64,000 nucleotides of DNA. Source: Fistulifera solaris. Taxonomy: Eukaryota. The notes under the pieces are model-generated. The model searched no databases. It had not been told where the DNA came from and saw nothing but the letters and a program-made list of their open reading frames with translations. A program made the position numbers and the translations under genes. Below, piece by piece: positions 1-12,492 of this stretch (position 1 is its first letter; the number at the start of each line of letters is the position of its first letter). The stretch is from NCBI GenBank assembly GCA_030295235.1, contig AP026137.1:682001-746000 (forward strand). Reading direction: 5' to 3'.

Positions 1-2057
1 AAAGCCGTCCACCGTAAAACGAGGATCCTCGGCACTACGGGGCAATTTGACCCGCGTACAACGCGATCGCGATCCTCTCTTCTATTATCAAGTCGAACAA
101 ATTCTGGGAATTGGGAGTATGGGAAGTGTTGTCAAAGTACGGAAACGGGAAGCCGTCGTTGGTGGCAGTGCTCGTCAGGATTTGCAATTTCATTATCGCA
201 AAGAGAAAGTGTTGAATCAGTGTTTCCGACTACCGCTGGTCGGTGGATTATTTCGTGTTTGTTTCAAAGGATTGTTACACTTTAAATCGAACGCCTATCA
301 TACGGAGGAAGAAGACGAAGCTTTCTTTGATAGTGGACATGTCAGTCACAACAGTCATGACACAACGCCCGACTATATCAATGCCTCCAGTCCGCGCAGC
401 AAAACCGACATGATGTACGCGATGAAATCCATTCATCTCAGTCGTGTCACCGACCAGCGATTCTTACAAGAACTCAAGAATGAAGTAGCTATACTGAGAG
501 ATCTTGATCATCCACACATTGTCAAAGCCATTGAAACGTTCGAACATCGCAATCAGTTGTTCATTATTATGGAACTCTGTTACGGCGGAGATCTGTATTC
601 GCGAGACCCGTATACTGAAGAGCACGCGGCCCGCATCACGAGCAGTATATTGTCGGCCATTGCGTACATGCACTCGAAAAATATTTTGCACCGGGATTTG
701 AAATACGAAAATGTCTTGTTCGTCAACCATAGTCCGCAAGCGGAAATCAAACTCATTGATTTTGGTCTGTCCGCGGCATTTGGGCATGATGAATTGACGG
801 ATGGTGTGGGAACTATGTGAGTGGAATTCCAATTGTCCTTGCTGTGTCCTGATGGAGCTGCTCTGACCCTTGTCTTGCTGCTATGACAGTTATACAATGG
901 CACCAGAGGTGTTAAAAGGGAAATACGGAAAACAGGCGGATGTATGGAGCGTTGGTGTGATTGCGTACGTTTCTTGAGTTTTGAGATGGAGCCGTCTATG
1001 CAATGCTTTGCTCACAAGACTTTCTTTTGCAGTTATATGTTGTTATCGAGTCAAATGCCTTTTTACGGAAAGAAGCGGCAACATATCGTTGAACAAATCA
1101 TGTCAGGGAAATTCGAATTCAATGGCCGACGGTGGAATCGCGTTTCGAATCAGGCAAAAGAATTTGTAGCCGACTTATTGGTCGTGGACCCAGCGGAGCG
1201 CTTGACGGCGGACCAGGCATTGTCGGCGGCATGGTTGAATCGCGGCTTTAGCGCTACTCTTCGAAGTCCGAGTGCGGATGAGTTTGAAGCTGCCCATCAA
1301 AGTATGGTGAACTATGCGAAGTATTCTAAGTTGAAGCAAGTGGCGTTAATGGTCATCGCTCATCGCTCAACTAGCGAAGAAATCGGCGTACTACGGAAAC
1401 TGTTTCAAAAGTATGACACGGAGGGACGTGGGCACGTGACCTATGAGCAATTCCGAAAAACAATTTTAGGTGCAGGTTATTCGGAAGACGCATGTCGGCA
1501 GATTTTTGACGCTGTGGTAAGTTCGTGACTCCAATATGTGATTAATAATAAGGCTAAAGAAGATATCTGACGATTTTCGGATGCCATGTACAAGGATCAA
1601 GACGGAAGTGGTTTGATTCGGTATACGGAATTCCTGGCTTCTACCATTGAAGCACAGGGTGCTATCGACGAACGTCGTTTAGCGGAGGCGTTTGACCGCC
1701 TCGACAGTGACGACTCTGGCTATATTACCGTAGAAAATTTGAAGGGCATTTTAGGCGATGACTTCCCAGATTCAGAAATTGAAGCTATATTGAAAGAATG
1801 TGCTAAAGATGGCAATGTATCGTACATGGATTTCCTGGCTCAATGGAGTACACAGAAAGAAACGAAAACGCCAAGATTTCTTGGCTGACATCTCGAATCT
1901 AACGTATGACAGTGGGCATCCATTACCACAGACCCTGCTTACAGACGAAGCCACCAGAGCCGAGACGTCACCCACAAGCGTGGAAAAAACAGAATTGTAT
2001 GGTCCGGAAGGGGCAGCCCTCCAGCACGAAGGAGACCATGTATTCGCTGATGTATAA
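1..2057 (+). CDS. Calcium-dependent protein kinase-like (Ser/Thr kinase + EF-hands), 5'-partial, 3 introns
   Basis: Kinase motifs [26 protein letters not shown], spliced GTIYTMAPE and [12 protein letters not shown]-hand loops [23 protein letters not shown] and [15 protein letters not shown] introns at 817-889, 965-1032 and 1517-1594 restore the frame. The frame is open to the window start. An apparent frameshift near 1875 makes the end either 1888 or 2057. Confidence 0.9.
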
Positions 2058-2124
2058 CAAAAAGCTACAATTGTAACAGTAAACGATTATCAATCTCTTC
2101 ATTGTCGTTATCGTGCCGCATTTC

Positions 2125-3879
2125 TTATTGACGAACCCCGCACGTTGCTGTTGACTCGTCCGCTGGTAGGGACGGATCGAACCGGTGCATCAATTCACGC
2201 AAAGACCATGCTGCTCGAAATGCGCCCCCATGTGGCATCGTCCAAGCCCAAAAATACAAATCGACATTCGCTGCAGAAGCTGCTTGCAATTGATCTTCGT
2301 ACGATATTTGTAAAGTCCGAGTATCCCGGCACGAAAGCAAGACGGAATGATGAGTCGAGGCGGAAAACTCTCCGGAAACCAATCGAGCCGATGGTTCTTG
2401 CAGTGCACCTCGAAAGATCTGAGCCCACGTACTGCACGAACGCAACACCGTTTCGGCTTGCGGACTGGCACATCGAAATGCAGCATCATGGCCCGACACA
2501 GTACCATAGCATCGTCCTTCCCAAGCATGGTAATGATGCATATCCAAAACGGCCCATTCCTTTCGTTCGTTTTGTGTTGTTACAAGCTTCCACCAGTCGG
2601 CAATGATTTGCGTCGCGACAGGATGACGTCCCCCCGGATCGTCACCATCACCAGTTGTCAATGCCGGAACAAAGATCGATTCATGTACATTAACAATCAG
2701 ATCAATCCCTCGGCTTGGTAACGACGTCCGCCGAAATGCTTGTATCGCATCGCTCTGCCACCGCAAGACGCGCAAATGAGGTCCATCCGGGATGTTTACA
2801 AGCGACTCGTCGTTTAGATTATAATCCGGCACAAAGGATTTGCTATCTGGATTGTACGATCCCGGTCCAAACATACCCGCTAAATGAGCCGGTTCATTCA
2901 TGGGTGTGATTCCTCCCAGTCCATCGAATGCTTTGGGCTCCAACGATTCGACCCACGACAAAAAGTCCCGAAAGAGAGCCCGCCCCACGTCCTGATCATT
3001 CAAGGGGTCGTCGTATTTCCAAAACAGACATGGTCGAGGCCAAACGCCAGAAAACGTCCCGATGGAAGTACCGCCGGGATAGGTATGAATGTCGAGGACT
3101 GCTTTGAGTCCCCAACGATGACATTCTTTCAAAAATCGAACTACCAGTGGTTTGGGGACCGCCGGCCAATACACGGTCACATTTTCTTGGGCAAAGTACG
3201 GATCGATACAAGCAAACCGATCCAAAGTAATCTGACTGGATTTCGTCGTGGCAGGATCTTCGGATGTGAGACACCAACTCATCGGTACTCGTATTGATCG
3301 CATTCCCATGGCTTGCAACAGTGGCAGGTCGGCGACCACTCGATCGAAATAATAGTTCCGGTACGCATCAAACGCCCGGACCGCTGCCACCAGGCCCTGT
3401 GTTTCCATGAATTGCTGAAACAAATCCGTTTCGGAATGCCAGGTAATTTGGTTGACAAGAGGAGGAAAACAGCGCGCAGCCGTATCGTTTTGGGCCGTGG
3501 CCACTTCGACGGCGCCATCGTCTCCGACAAAGAAATAATCTTCCAACGACAACCAGGAAGCGAAATTGACACCGTGGGGGACTCTATGCTGTGTTTTTTG
3601 TAGTGAGTCTCCGTGATGAAGATAGCAACCCAAGGATATTATCAAGGTGACTACGGTGAAAGCAAGAATTATTGCTTTCTTTGAACATGAATCGTATTTA
3701 CAGTAATTGCGGCGTGTTTCGACATTGTCGTCTTCGTCAATCGAAGGAATCGCTGTGTATTGAGGTGACATTTGCATTGATAATAGTACAAGAATAGAGA
3801 CAAAGATTGCAAAAAATGGAACGGAAAGAGAAGAATGAGGACAACACGATTTTGGATCTTTCGTCGCGATAAAAAACAA
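2125..3879 (-). CDS. Glycoside hydrolase family 5 (exo-1,3-beta-glucanase-like), membrane-anchored
   Basis: Motifs GVNFASWLSLE, SIRVPMSW, VLDIHTYPG, catalytic PMNEP, DMHHYHAW, nucleophile SGEFS and YFWAW. N-terminal hydrophobic helix. The true start may be an internal Met near 3773. Confidence 0.85.
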   Translation of the reverse strand: MFFIATKDPKSCCPHSSLSVPFFAIFVSILVLLSMQMSPQYTAIPSIDEDDNVETRRNYCKYDSCSKKAIILAFTVVTLIISLGCYLHHGDSLQKTQHRVPHGVNFASWLSLEDYFFVGDDGAVEVATAQNDTAARCFPPLVNQITWHSETDLFQQFMETQGLVAAVRAFDAYRNYYFDRVVADLPLLQAMGMRSIRVPMSWCLTSEDPATTKSSQITLDRFACIDPYFAQENVTVYWPAVPKPLVVRFLKECHRWGLKAVLDIHTYPGGTSIGTFSGVWPRPCLFWKYDDPLNDQDVGRALFRDFLSWVESLEPKAFDGLGGITPMNEPAHLAGMFGPGSYNPDSKSFVPDYNLNDESLVNIPDGPHLRVLRWQSDAIQAFRRTSLPSRGIDLIVNVHESIFVPALTTGDGDDPGGRHPVATQIIADWWKLVTTQNERKEWAVLDMHHYHAWEGRCYGTVSGHDAAFRCASPQAETVLRSCSTWAQIFRGALQEPSARLVSGEFSASTHHSVLLSCRDTRTLQISYEDQLQAASAANVDLYFWAWTMPHGGAFRAAWSLRELMHRFDPSLPADESTATCGVRQ

Positions 3880-3933
3880 GTGCGCGGAAGAAAATCTTTT
3901 GGCGCAGTGTGAATGTAAGAGTAACTGTTGAGC

Positions 3934-3996
3934 TCATGACTGAAATGCAGTCTTGGCGAAATAAGGAAACACTTTGGGCCTATAGTAAACACGAAA
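3934..3996 (-). repeat. ~62-bp dispersed motif, copy 1 (copy 2 at 58307-58368, +)
   Basis: The reverse complement TTCGTGTTTACTATAGGCCCAAAGTGTT...TTTCGCCAAGACTGCATTTCAGTCATGA aligns with TTCGTTTTTACTGTAGGCCCAAAGTGTT...TTTCGCCACGACTACATTCAGTCATGA. Confidence 0.8.
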
Positions 3997-4250
3997 GACC
4001 GAGATCCGCAAGGCTTTTCATCATCATGAAGTGACCCTGCACATTGCACAATGCCGTTGAAGAATTTTTCGTTGATAAAACGACACATGATTCTTCAAAG
4101 GTTGCAGAAAAAACACATGGGAGATATAGTAGGGCTCGGGAGACTACAAATATTGATTCAGTTGATTCATGACTGTCAACCTTTATTTTCTTTTGTTTAT
4201 TGTTTATTTCCCAAACCTGCGCTCGTTCAAAAATTTTTGTAGACATTTCC

Positions 4251-4595
4251 TTGTACAGCAATTTTATGTAAGTTCCAGAAATTCTGGAAAGAATGCATTT
4301 GGTCACACAGAAAATCGGTGTGCCTGGTCCAGAAAAACTGGACCAGGTGTATTGTTTCATCATCAAACCCTACCAGTTCAGAAGATATCCTGTTTTTTCT
4401 AGTCTGTAAAATAGAAAAATCATACAGATAATTTTTTGTGCTTCTTCCAGAATCTCTGGAGGCGGTGTATTTCATTGTACAGCAATTTTATGTAAGTTCC
4501 AGAAATTCTGGAATTCGTGCATTCGGGCATACAGAAAATCTGTGGGACTGGTCCAGAAATTCTGGACCAGGTGTATTTCAGTATCAAACCCTACA
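4251..4595 (+). repeat. Direct duplication (~120 bp, 224-bp offset) built from TCCAGAAA(T/A)(T)CTGGA palindromic units
   Basis: TTGTACAGCAATTTTATGTAAGTTCCAGAAATTCTGGA...CTGGACCAGGTGTATT...ATCAAACCCTAC occurs at ~4251-4373 and ~4475-4594. Confidence 0.85.
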
Positions 4596-5057
4596 CAAGA
4601 AATTCTGTGTTTATAATCGTAGAAGACTTGATCTTGAATACAACACTGACTTCTTCAAGAGCTTGCAAAAGTAATTGATTCATGATTGAAATCCAGTCGT
4701 GGTCCGCAATATTCATTTCTCTATGAAAAGGACTGTCGTAGGGGTCTAATCTATTAACTAGCATTGAAGAAAAAGATCGATTATAGAGCAAACACATCTC
4801 TCCGAAACAGAAAATTTTCATGCTTCCGGGACTATAGAGTTCGTGGAAAAGCACGATATGAAATAATTGACGCTAAAAGAAAGAGAAAGGCGATGCACGT
4901 TCTTTTATAATCGTAGACAATGAAGTGGTCAAGCCCTTTCAGCAAAATTATAGCAAGACATTCATTTTCGGAATAGCTTAGTTACTAACAATTAATCTCT
5001 GACCTTTCCTTTTCGTCTCCCCACTACCTTGTTTCCGCCCACCTATTCCACCGTAAT

Positions 5058-6169
5058 TCATTCTTCAGCATACATAGAGACGGAGCCGTAATTCTTCGTT
5101 TCAATGTAAAAATGTTTGGTGTACAGGAATTGAATGATCGGTCGAAGCTTTTCGTGATTCGCCATGCCACGGTGCATGAGCCGATAATCGTACATGACAC
5201 TCTGTCCCGCACACAGAATGCCGTCCAAATCGGCCGCCAACCACTCCGCGGCCGGACCAAAGCCCACCAATTGACTGGTTTTGTGCGATCCCAAAAGAAT
5301 TGCGTGAATCCCACACCCGAATTCAGATCAATGAGAGGAAGAAACACGCAAAGCGCGTACGGTGGAGCGTGGCCTTGACCCGTTTCATCCGCTTCGGCGG
5401 CCATGTGACCTCCATCGCAATGCCAACCTTGATTTTGTGCGCCTGGTTTGGAATAGATAACATTGGCTTCGACTTTCCAGTTGCCTTGGCCAAAAATGTC
5501 CTGTATGAGATGCAACCATGGACCCGTCTCGAGGGCGACTTGACGCAAGGTCGACCATTGGTCGTCGCCAAAGATATCCACCCGTATATCGTAACGGAAT
5601 CCGGAACGACTACCGATTTCTTGAAATAAGAAATCACTATTTTGGTAATCAATGTCGGGATGATGTTTGGCAAAGTGATCTTCGACGTGTTGAATGAAAC
5701 GATACACCGTGTCTCGAATACAATCAAGACTCTGTTCATCGACGCGTGTATGGCAAACCAACAAACCATAGTCGTCAAAGCGTTGCTGATTGCTTTCCTT
5801 GTCGTTTGAATCCAAAAGCAGGTCCTCTGGGGTGTATCGCTTGTCCATTAAGGGTAAATAGCCAGGTGATTCGACCAAGACTTCCATCTCTATGTTTCTG
5901 TCGGCTAACGCATCCCGTAGAATAGTGAAAATGATATCATCTTCACCGAAACAGCAACGAAGGGAAACGGATATATCCAACGTCGTCGCATCTACAGTAC
6001 GGCATCGGTGCACTTTCCATTCGCGCCGATGGCAGGTGTGGGCTAAGTGTTGGGCCAATTTCTTGACAATTCCGTTTTCCTGAATGTTTATATTGGATAG
6101 CCGTATGACTTTCGTGGCTCTCTGCCAACTCTCATCATCACCTTCTTCGTCTGTGTGGTTGTGTTGCAT
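5058..6169 (-). CDS. Phytanoyl-CoA dioxygenase (PhyH)-like Fe/2OG oxygenase
   Basis: Motifs SKPGAQNQGWHCDG and VFLPLIDL. After a frameshift near 5295 it continues GSHK...AGQSVMYDYRLMHRGMAN...RPIIQFLY (ORF 5058-5294). Confidence 0.8.
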
Positions 6170-6280
6170 GGATTTTGTTGTAAAGATTGCTACTTTGGAT
6201 TATTGTCAACAAGTAGTTAGCATGGACTTTGTTGATGTTTGATTTGCATTTTTAAAAATTTTGCGCACGTTGCGAATGTA

Positions 6281-6556
6281 AACTCCGGGTTCCTCCTCTG
6301 TCGATAAATTTCCTTACCAGGCCTACGTGAAAGGCACGTAGAATTTCGAAGCGTTGCATTTTTCGTGCGTTTTACGCTTTCGGGTTGCAATGGATGCCTT
6401 TATCGTTACTACAAAATTATTTGTTTTTGATGGTGAAGCCTTGCATGACATTCGTGATAAATAGACGTGAAAAAATGGTGTTGATCGAATTAACTCCGGG
6501 TTCCCCCTCTATCGATAAATTTCCTCACCGCAGGCCAACGTGAAATAAGCACGTAG
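6281..6556 (-). repeat. Two copies (211-bp offset) of a ~70-nt hairpin-containing motif, also found four times at 40983-41693
   Basis: AACTCCGGGTTCC(T)CCTCT(G/A)TCGATAAATTTCCT...ACGTGAAA...CACGTAG occurs at 6281 and 6492. The reverse complement matches ATGCAACGCTTCGAATGTCTACGT...CACGTAG...GGAAATTTATCGACAGAGG...CCCGGA at 40983. Confidence 0.85.
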
Positions 6557-6882
6557 GAACATGCCCGAGCAGACGAAAACAGCGGAGGCATAATAATGGG
6601 CAATAACCAAGCCACAAACCCTCGCCTTGACAACTCTTAGCTATTCATGTGAAACAAGGAAAAGCAACTGGATGCTTGCTACATCATAGTGAGACCAAAT
6701 AAAAATTCAATAGAACAGCAGCTTGCATTGCGCTGTAAACCGAAACAAGCTAGAGATCGCCACCCATAGAACAAGAAGTGAGATTGGGACATTTTACCCG
6801 AAATCTTTGGTTTGACCAGAATTTGACGTTAAAATCTTCGAAAAGAGCAACCAACGTAAAAGATTCTTTTTAGACAAGAACG

Positions 6883-9800
6883 ATGAACTTTGTGCGAGGC
6901 TCCATGGGGCAGCGCAATCAAAACTACGACGCCCCAGCCACAACTTACCGGAGCAGTCATTCGACACCGCAAACTGCATCTATCCGCGATGACACTATGA
7001 ATCCGAACAAAATGGAAGCACCACAAAGTATTCGACGAACACGCTGTCCATTCCTCTTCGATCACAACGCACGTAGACTCTATCTGTTACAAATTCTCAA
7101 TCTGCACGTCTGGAAAGCATTTATGATTTGCTTTACCACCATTTTGTTGTTTGGGGCCCAAATCCGCGACTTGTTTTTCCCAAAGAGTGCCGATTTGGCT
7201 GTCGACATTGTCTTTCTGATTGTTGTTTGTTTCTTTTGGGTGGATACTTTGTTTCGCATGGATTGTGAAACCAACTACTTTCGTTTCTATCTGTTCAGTT
7301 CGTTCGGATACTCCAGCGGAAGGACCGTGCCGCCGCGGATTTCGGACGTGCGGGACGTGGATCCATCCGTCGGATATTGTTGTGGACGACCGTTTCATAT
7401 CGGTTCCTTTTTATTCTGGTGTGACATTATTTCTACTGTGGCTCTTTTACGTGAGATTACGTTATTGGACCCGACCGGTATTTTTGATGAAGCACGGATT
7501 GAGATCCGCTTGGATCAATTCGGTATGCCACTGGACGTAAGTAACGAAGAAAGTGCAATCTATTTCCAAGACACGACACGAACTCACCGCACAATGATGA
7601 ATAGGTTTCTGGTCTTGGTCACGTCAATGAAGCATCTCCACTCGAATACAACGCTTGGGACTTGCTCGCCATCATCGGAAAGACGGCACGGGTGGCTCGC
7701 TTTATCCGATCGTCCACCGCCGTCAAATTAGCTTCGCGTATCAATTGGTTCAAAATATCGAATGCTATCAATCCATTGACTTGGTGCTGTCGAAGGAAAG
7801 CCGCGCCCACCGACGTCAAGGTGAATAAACGAGTGGACATTCTGGATCGACGCGCTTCCTGGACACAAGCCATCCTTCAAACGCAAATGCAACAACGCCC
7901 CATAACCGCCGAATCCACCAGTCTTCGTGGGGGATTAACGAAAGTGCTGCGCACACTCGGGATTCGAAAAGATAATAAACACGAATTCCACCGACAAATG
8001 GCTGCCACGAAAATTCAACGTGCGTGGCGTCGGTGCCGTGCGATGAACAACGTCGATCCAGAGGGTCACGAGAATCATGGTTACGATGACATGGCGTGGA
8101 AAGGAAGGGGAGCTTCCAGTGCTACACGCATTTCCAAAAAAATCAAATACGGGACGCAGTGGCACGTCTACAAATGGGACTGTCTCGGATCCAGTGAATC
8201 GTGGATCCGAACGCATTTCGGATCGCCGAATACGGAACGAGTCGCAAGTCGGTACAGCCATGCGTCAATTGACGGGACAGCGTGTGGCGATCGGTATCAT
8301 CGTGGCCCTTGTGATTACGGTACTATTAACGTACCAAGAAATTAGTGCGGTTGCAGCTACAACGATGATTGTCTTGCACTCCCAAACCGCAAATGCGTTA
8401 TTTGCCGAAAAAGCGCTATATGCTGCAAAATCTAGCTCCGTTGACAATTTATTCAAATATTATTTGGCCAACGGGCAAATGGTTGAATTTCCTTTGAACG
8501 ACGGCGATGTTGATCCGGCTAATTTGAGGGATTCTGAAACGTTGCGCATTACCGTCACAGATACTGCGGGTAACATGACCGTGGGGCTGCTCTCAATACG
8601 TGATGAGATACGCGAACAAGCAGTGGTGTCCATTTTGGCCACTATATTTGTTTTGCTTGTGTGGTTCTTTGGTGTGACATCGTTTGCCGGACCAGTCATG
8701 ATTCTTGTTGTTATCCCCATCGAAAGAATGGTGCGATTGCTGACCATGCTCATGTTGGATCCACTGGGTTATCAAAATACATCGCGTTACAAGCGATTTG
8801 TAGCAGAGGAAGATGAAATCACCAAAAATACGCACTGGACGAAGGAAGTTTTAAAAGGCATGGAGACATCATTTTTGATGTCAACCATTCTTCGTATCGG
8901 TAGTCTGATGAAGGTCGGCTTTGGAAGCGCGGGTGTAGAAATCATTCGTCGCAACTTAGAAAGAGGCCAAAATAAAAATTCTGTCATGCTCAGCAATCAG
9001 GGTTCCACCGTGTCGTGCATCTTTCTCTTTTCTGATATTCGTCAGTTTACGGATGCCACAGAATGCTTACAAGAAGAAGTGTTTGTCTTTACAAACCGTA
9101 TTGCTGCAGTAGTGCATTCCATTTGCCACTCCTATGGCGGTTCTGCGAACAAGAACATAGGTGATGCCTTCTTGCTAAGCTGGATTCTCGATGAAGATAC
9201 GGGGCAATCGAGTGAGCTATATCCTGGAAGATCAGAAAAGTTTTCTGCGAAACACAATCAAGCTGATAAAGCTCTCTTGTCGGTCGTGAAAATTTGCATG
9301 GCTTTATATCATGACGATTACTATGTTGAGACAATGAGTTCCTACGCCCGAGACGCGCTCTTAGCCAAAATAGCGACGCGAAAAACGAAAGGTCCCATTG
9401 TACAAATGGGTTTTGGCTTACATGCCGGAACGGCTGTTCAAGGTGCAATCGGTTCTACCCGCAAGATCGATGCCACCTATGTATCCGAAGCGGTAGAAAG
9501 AGCCGAATTTCTGGAGTCATCCACGAAAAAGTATGGACTAAAGATGTTAATGTCAGACGCCTTTCACAAACTCTTAACCCCAAACCAACGCCGCCGCTGT
9601 CGAAAGATCGATCAAATTATCATTCGCAATGACGACGATGATGATGAGGAATCTGAGTTACCTGAGGGAGACATTGTCGAGTTGCTGACTTTCGATATGG
9701 ACATTGACGCACTTTGGGTAGATGCCAAGCAAGGAGCAAAGGCGCCAAAGTCCGACGCGGACTCCGAAGCAGGAAGTGATAGAGGATCTAAGCGCGATAT

Positions 9801-10272
9801 CTTCAGTAAAAGCTCCCAAGGCCTCCGACAAGCTTCCGGTGCATTAATGAAACGTCGACGAAGCATTATCATGGGAATTGGTGGCGGGAAAGACTTTGGA
9901 AGCGATGAACTCAGTGACGGTGGGCTTACCCCGGGTCTGGGTGGTGTTCAGCTTCCAACAGAACAAGAGAAAGAAGCATTCAAACCACCAGAGTTAGTGC
10001 TTCCAACGGGCCCTGCTTTGTACAATCCAAGTGTGTGGACTGATCCTGTTATGAAGAAAATGAGAAAGGAATTCACCGATGGTCTATTCTTCCAGAATTT
10101 CAACAATGGGCTGCAAGCATATTATAGCAAGGACTGGGACTATGCCAAGCAATGTTTTGCGAACGTCTTGGATCGCTACGAAGATGGCCCGTCAAGATAT
10201 TTCTTTGAGGAAATTAAGAAACACAACGGAGTACCACCTCGGAATTTTTTGCCTTATGGTGTCAGCGACTAG
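6883..10272 (+). CDS. Class III adenylyl cyclase with N-terminal ion-channel-like TM region (ciliate/apicomplexan ACalpha-type), IQ motif and C-terminal TPR-like helix
   Basis: Several TM helices, S4-like KTARVARFIR and IQ motif AATKIQRAWRR. Cyclase motifs FSDIRQFT, NKNIGDAFL and GLHAGTAVQGAIGSTRKIDATY. C-terminal FNNGLQAYYSKDWDYAK...DGPS. Intron 7537-7604. Frameshift near the A-run at ~8140. Confidence 0.88.
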
Positions 10273-10582
10273 AGAGTTTTAGTGTTCGGAATCTTGTAAG
10301 GTACTGTACTTTCCTGCGACTTGTGCGCGATCAACCGTGAAGGATTGCAATCCACTCAGCACTCGCCCTAGCTGAACATAAATGTCGTGGTGCCAGCAAA
10401 GAGCACGTCATTACAACAGTGCTGCGAATTTTTTTAAACCTTTGACAGTACTTTCTACTTGATAGCTGAGATTAGGATTTTCTGGTTGTAACAAAAATGA
10501 AGCTTCAATCGTTTCAAAGATGATGTTGCTCATAAAACACGAGTAATCCTACAATAAAACGAAACATTGTCCTTACTTTCGA

Positions 10583-12492
10583 TTGCTTATGATGAATAGA
10601 GTCGCGGAGGAAGTCGAGAGCAGTGATGGGAACCAACGTCAAGCAATAGAGAAATCAAATCAACATTGCAACAATGATTCGTCGGAAACGAACTCACTTC
10701 ATTGCGAAGATTGTGTCGCCGAAAGCGGATCATTTTCTGAGCTAATCGAAAAATCGAGTGCGTCAAAATTGATTATTAAGCGTGAACCTGAATTTCCCGA
10801 CCAAGAGAAAGGCGCATTGACTCTGCTATTACGAGATGATTCGTCACCAAAGCGACCATTGCAAGCATCGTCCAAATCTTCACGTCGCAGCAAGAAACAA
10901 CCTTGCGATACCGAATGTAATCCTGATCGTGATTCTTTTGACTGTGAGGACGGGGAATCGGAATATTTGAACAGCGAATGCACCGCACAACTTTGCTTGA
11001 CGACACTAGACGATACTGAGCCCGCGACAAAACGAAAAAGGTCCACATTCTCTCGCCGTAAAAGCCCCGACACTCTGACAGCATTTGAAAGGACTACAAG
11101 GCGATACAGAAAACGAATTGTTTGCTGTATGATATTTTTGTTATAGCAATGGTTTCCATGGGAATTACGTTGTTTATCAACGAGGGCAGTTCAGCAACCG
11201 TGAAACTCCAGCGGCTTTCCCAACCATCGGCCCCACCCAGCTCACTAGTCTCACTCCTACCATCTCGGGTCTTATAGCGGGTAATGATCGCGCAGACAAT
11301 GCGCCTTGTCTCAACGCTGTCGAGATCAAATTGGATGGACAAACAATATCCGGCATTTTTCATGCTCCAAGTTTCAACCTAACGCGATTCTTTTTATCGG
11401 TGGTGTGCCGCAGATAAAGTCCAATACCCTATTCTTTTCGGGCCAGCAGTCTACTACAAGTTCAACGGGAATGGGTTGATAACAACACTGCGTTTTTGCG
11501 GAGACAGTAGATACCGGCTCAATGTATACGACTCTTGCACGACAGGTCCGAGAGCGTATTACGACGAATCCTGCGTCGGTAGCGTTTCAACATTTTCGCC
11601 CGACTGTGCAACACTTACGTTTGATGCGGCAAATGATATCGACTATTTCATTCTCATTTCCACCAGTGAAAGTCGCGACAACGACTACGGAGCATATGAA
11701 ATTGCTCTGTCAAGTAATGACAGCTGCGAACGTGCTTCAGAGATACAAATTGACGGTTCGATTCTATCTGCTGCTGCACCGGAAGGATCTTTTCTAGGCT
11801 GTGATTCGACAAATCAAGGCGGTGCTTGGTATTCGGTGCTGGGGACCGGGGACTCGTTTACATTGAACACCTGTCCAAGCACTTCACCAGGGACGCAACT
11901 GACGGTTTACAACGGCGGTTGTGGAGAATCGCAAGAATGCATGGACACGAGCGAGGTCGGATACGCGTGCGCCGAGCAGGGGTCGGTGTCATGGGTATCT
12001 GAACCTGAGGAACGTTACTACATTCATGTCTACGGGTCCGGCGGTATGTTCAATCTTTCGGCCTTCCGCACTATGCCGAATGATCTGTGCGAAGGAGCTC
12101 AACCAATAAGTACCCAAATGACGCAAACCTATTCCGGTAATACATCGGATGCCACATCTGCCTCCGACGCCGCCATTCTGTGGTCGTCCATTTTCCCTTG
12201 TTCCAATTACAGCGGCAGTCCTGGTGTTTGGTACAGTATGCAAGGCGCTAACTTTATCAATGTGGATACCTGTGACGATGAAGGCTTCGAACCGCACATC
12301 CTTGTACTGCAAGGATCCTGCGACACTCTGGTCTGCACCGAAGTCTCCGTTGCAAAGCCATGTAGATCCGGTTCAGGAGCTCAAGTGTTGTGGAACCTCG
12401 TCCCTGGTGAAACGTACTATCTGTTCATTCATGGTCAAGAAAGAAACGAAACAGGTTCTTTTCAGCTATCCGTCACCGCTTTTGAACGGTAA
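10583..12492 (+). CDS. Putative type II membrane protein with repeated NDxCxxA-x-x-I extracellular modules (frameshifted)
   Basis: An acidic/basic N-terminus ends in hydrophobic RIVCCMIFLL. The downstream ORF 11476-12492 has recurring NDSCERA/NDLCEGA, GAWYSV/GVWYSM and RYYIHV/TYYLFI modules. Joining them needs frameshifts in 11140-11400. Confidence 0.55.
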
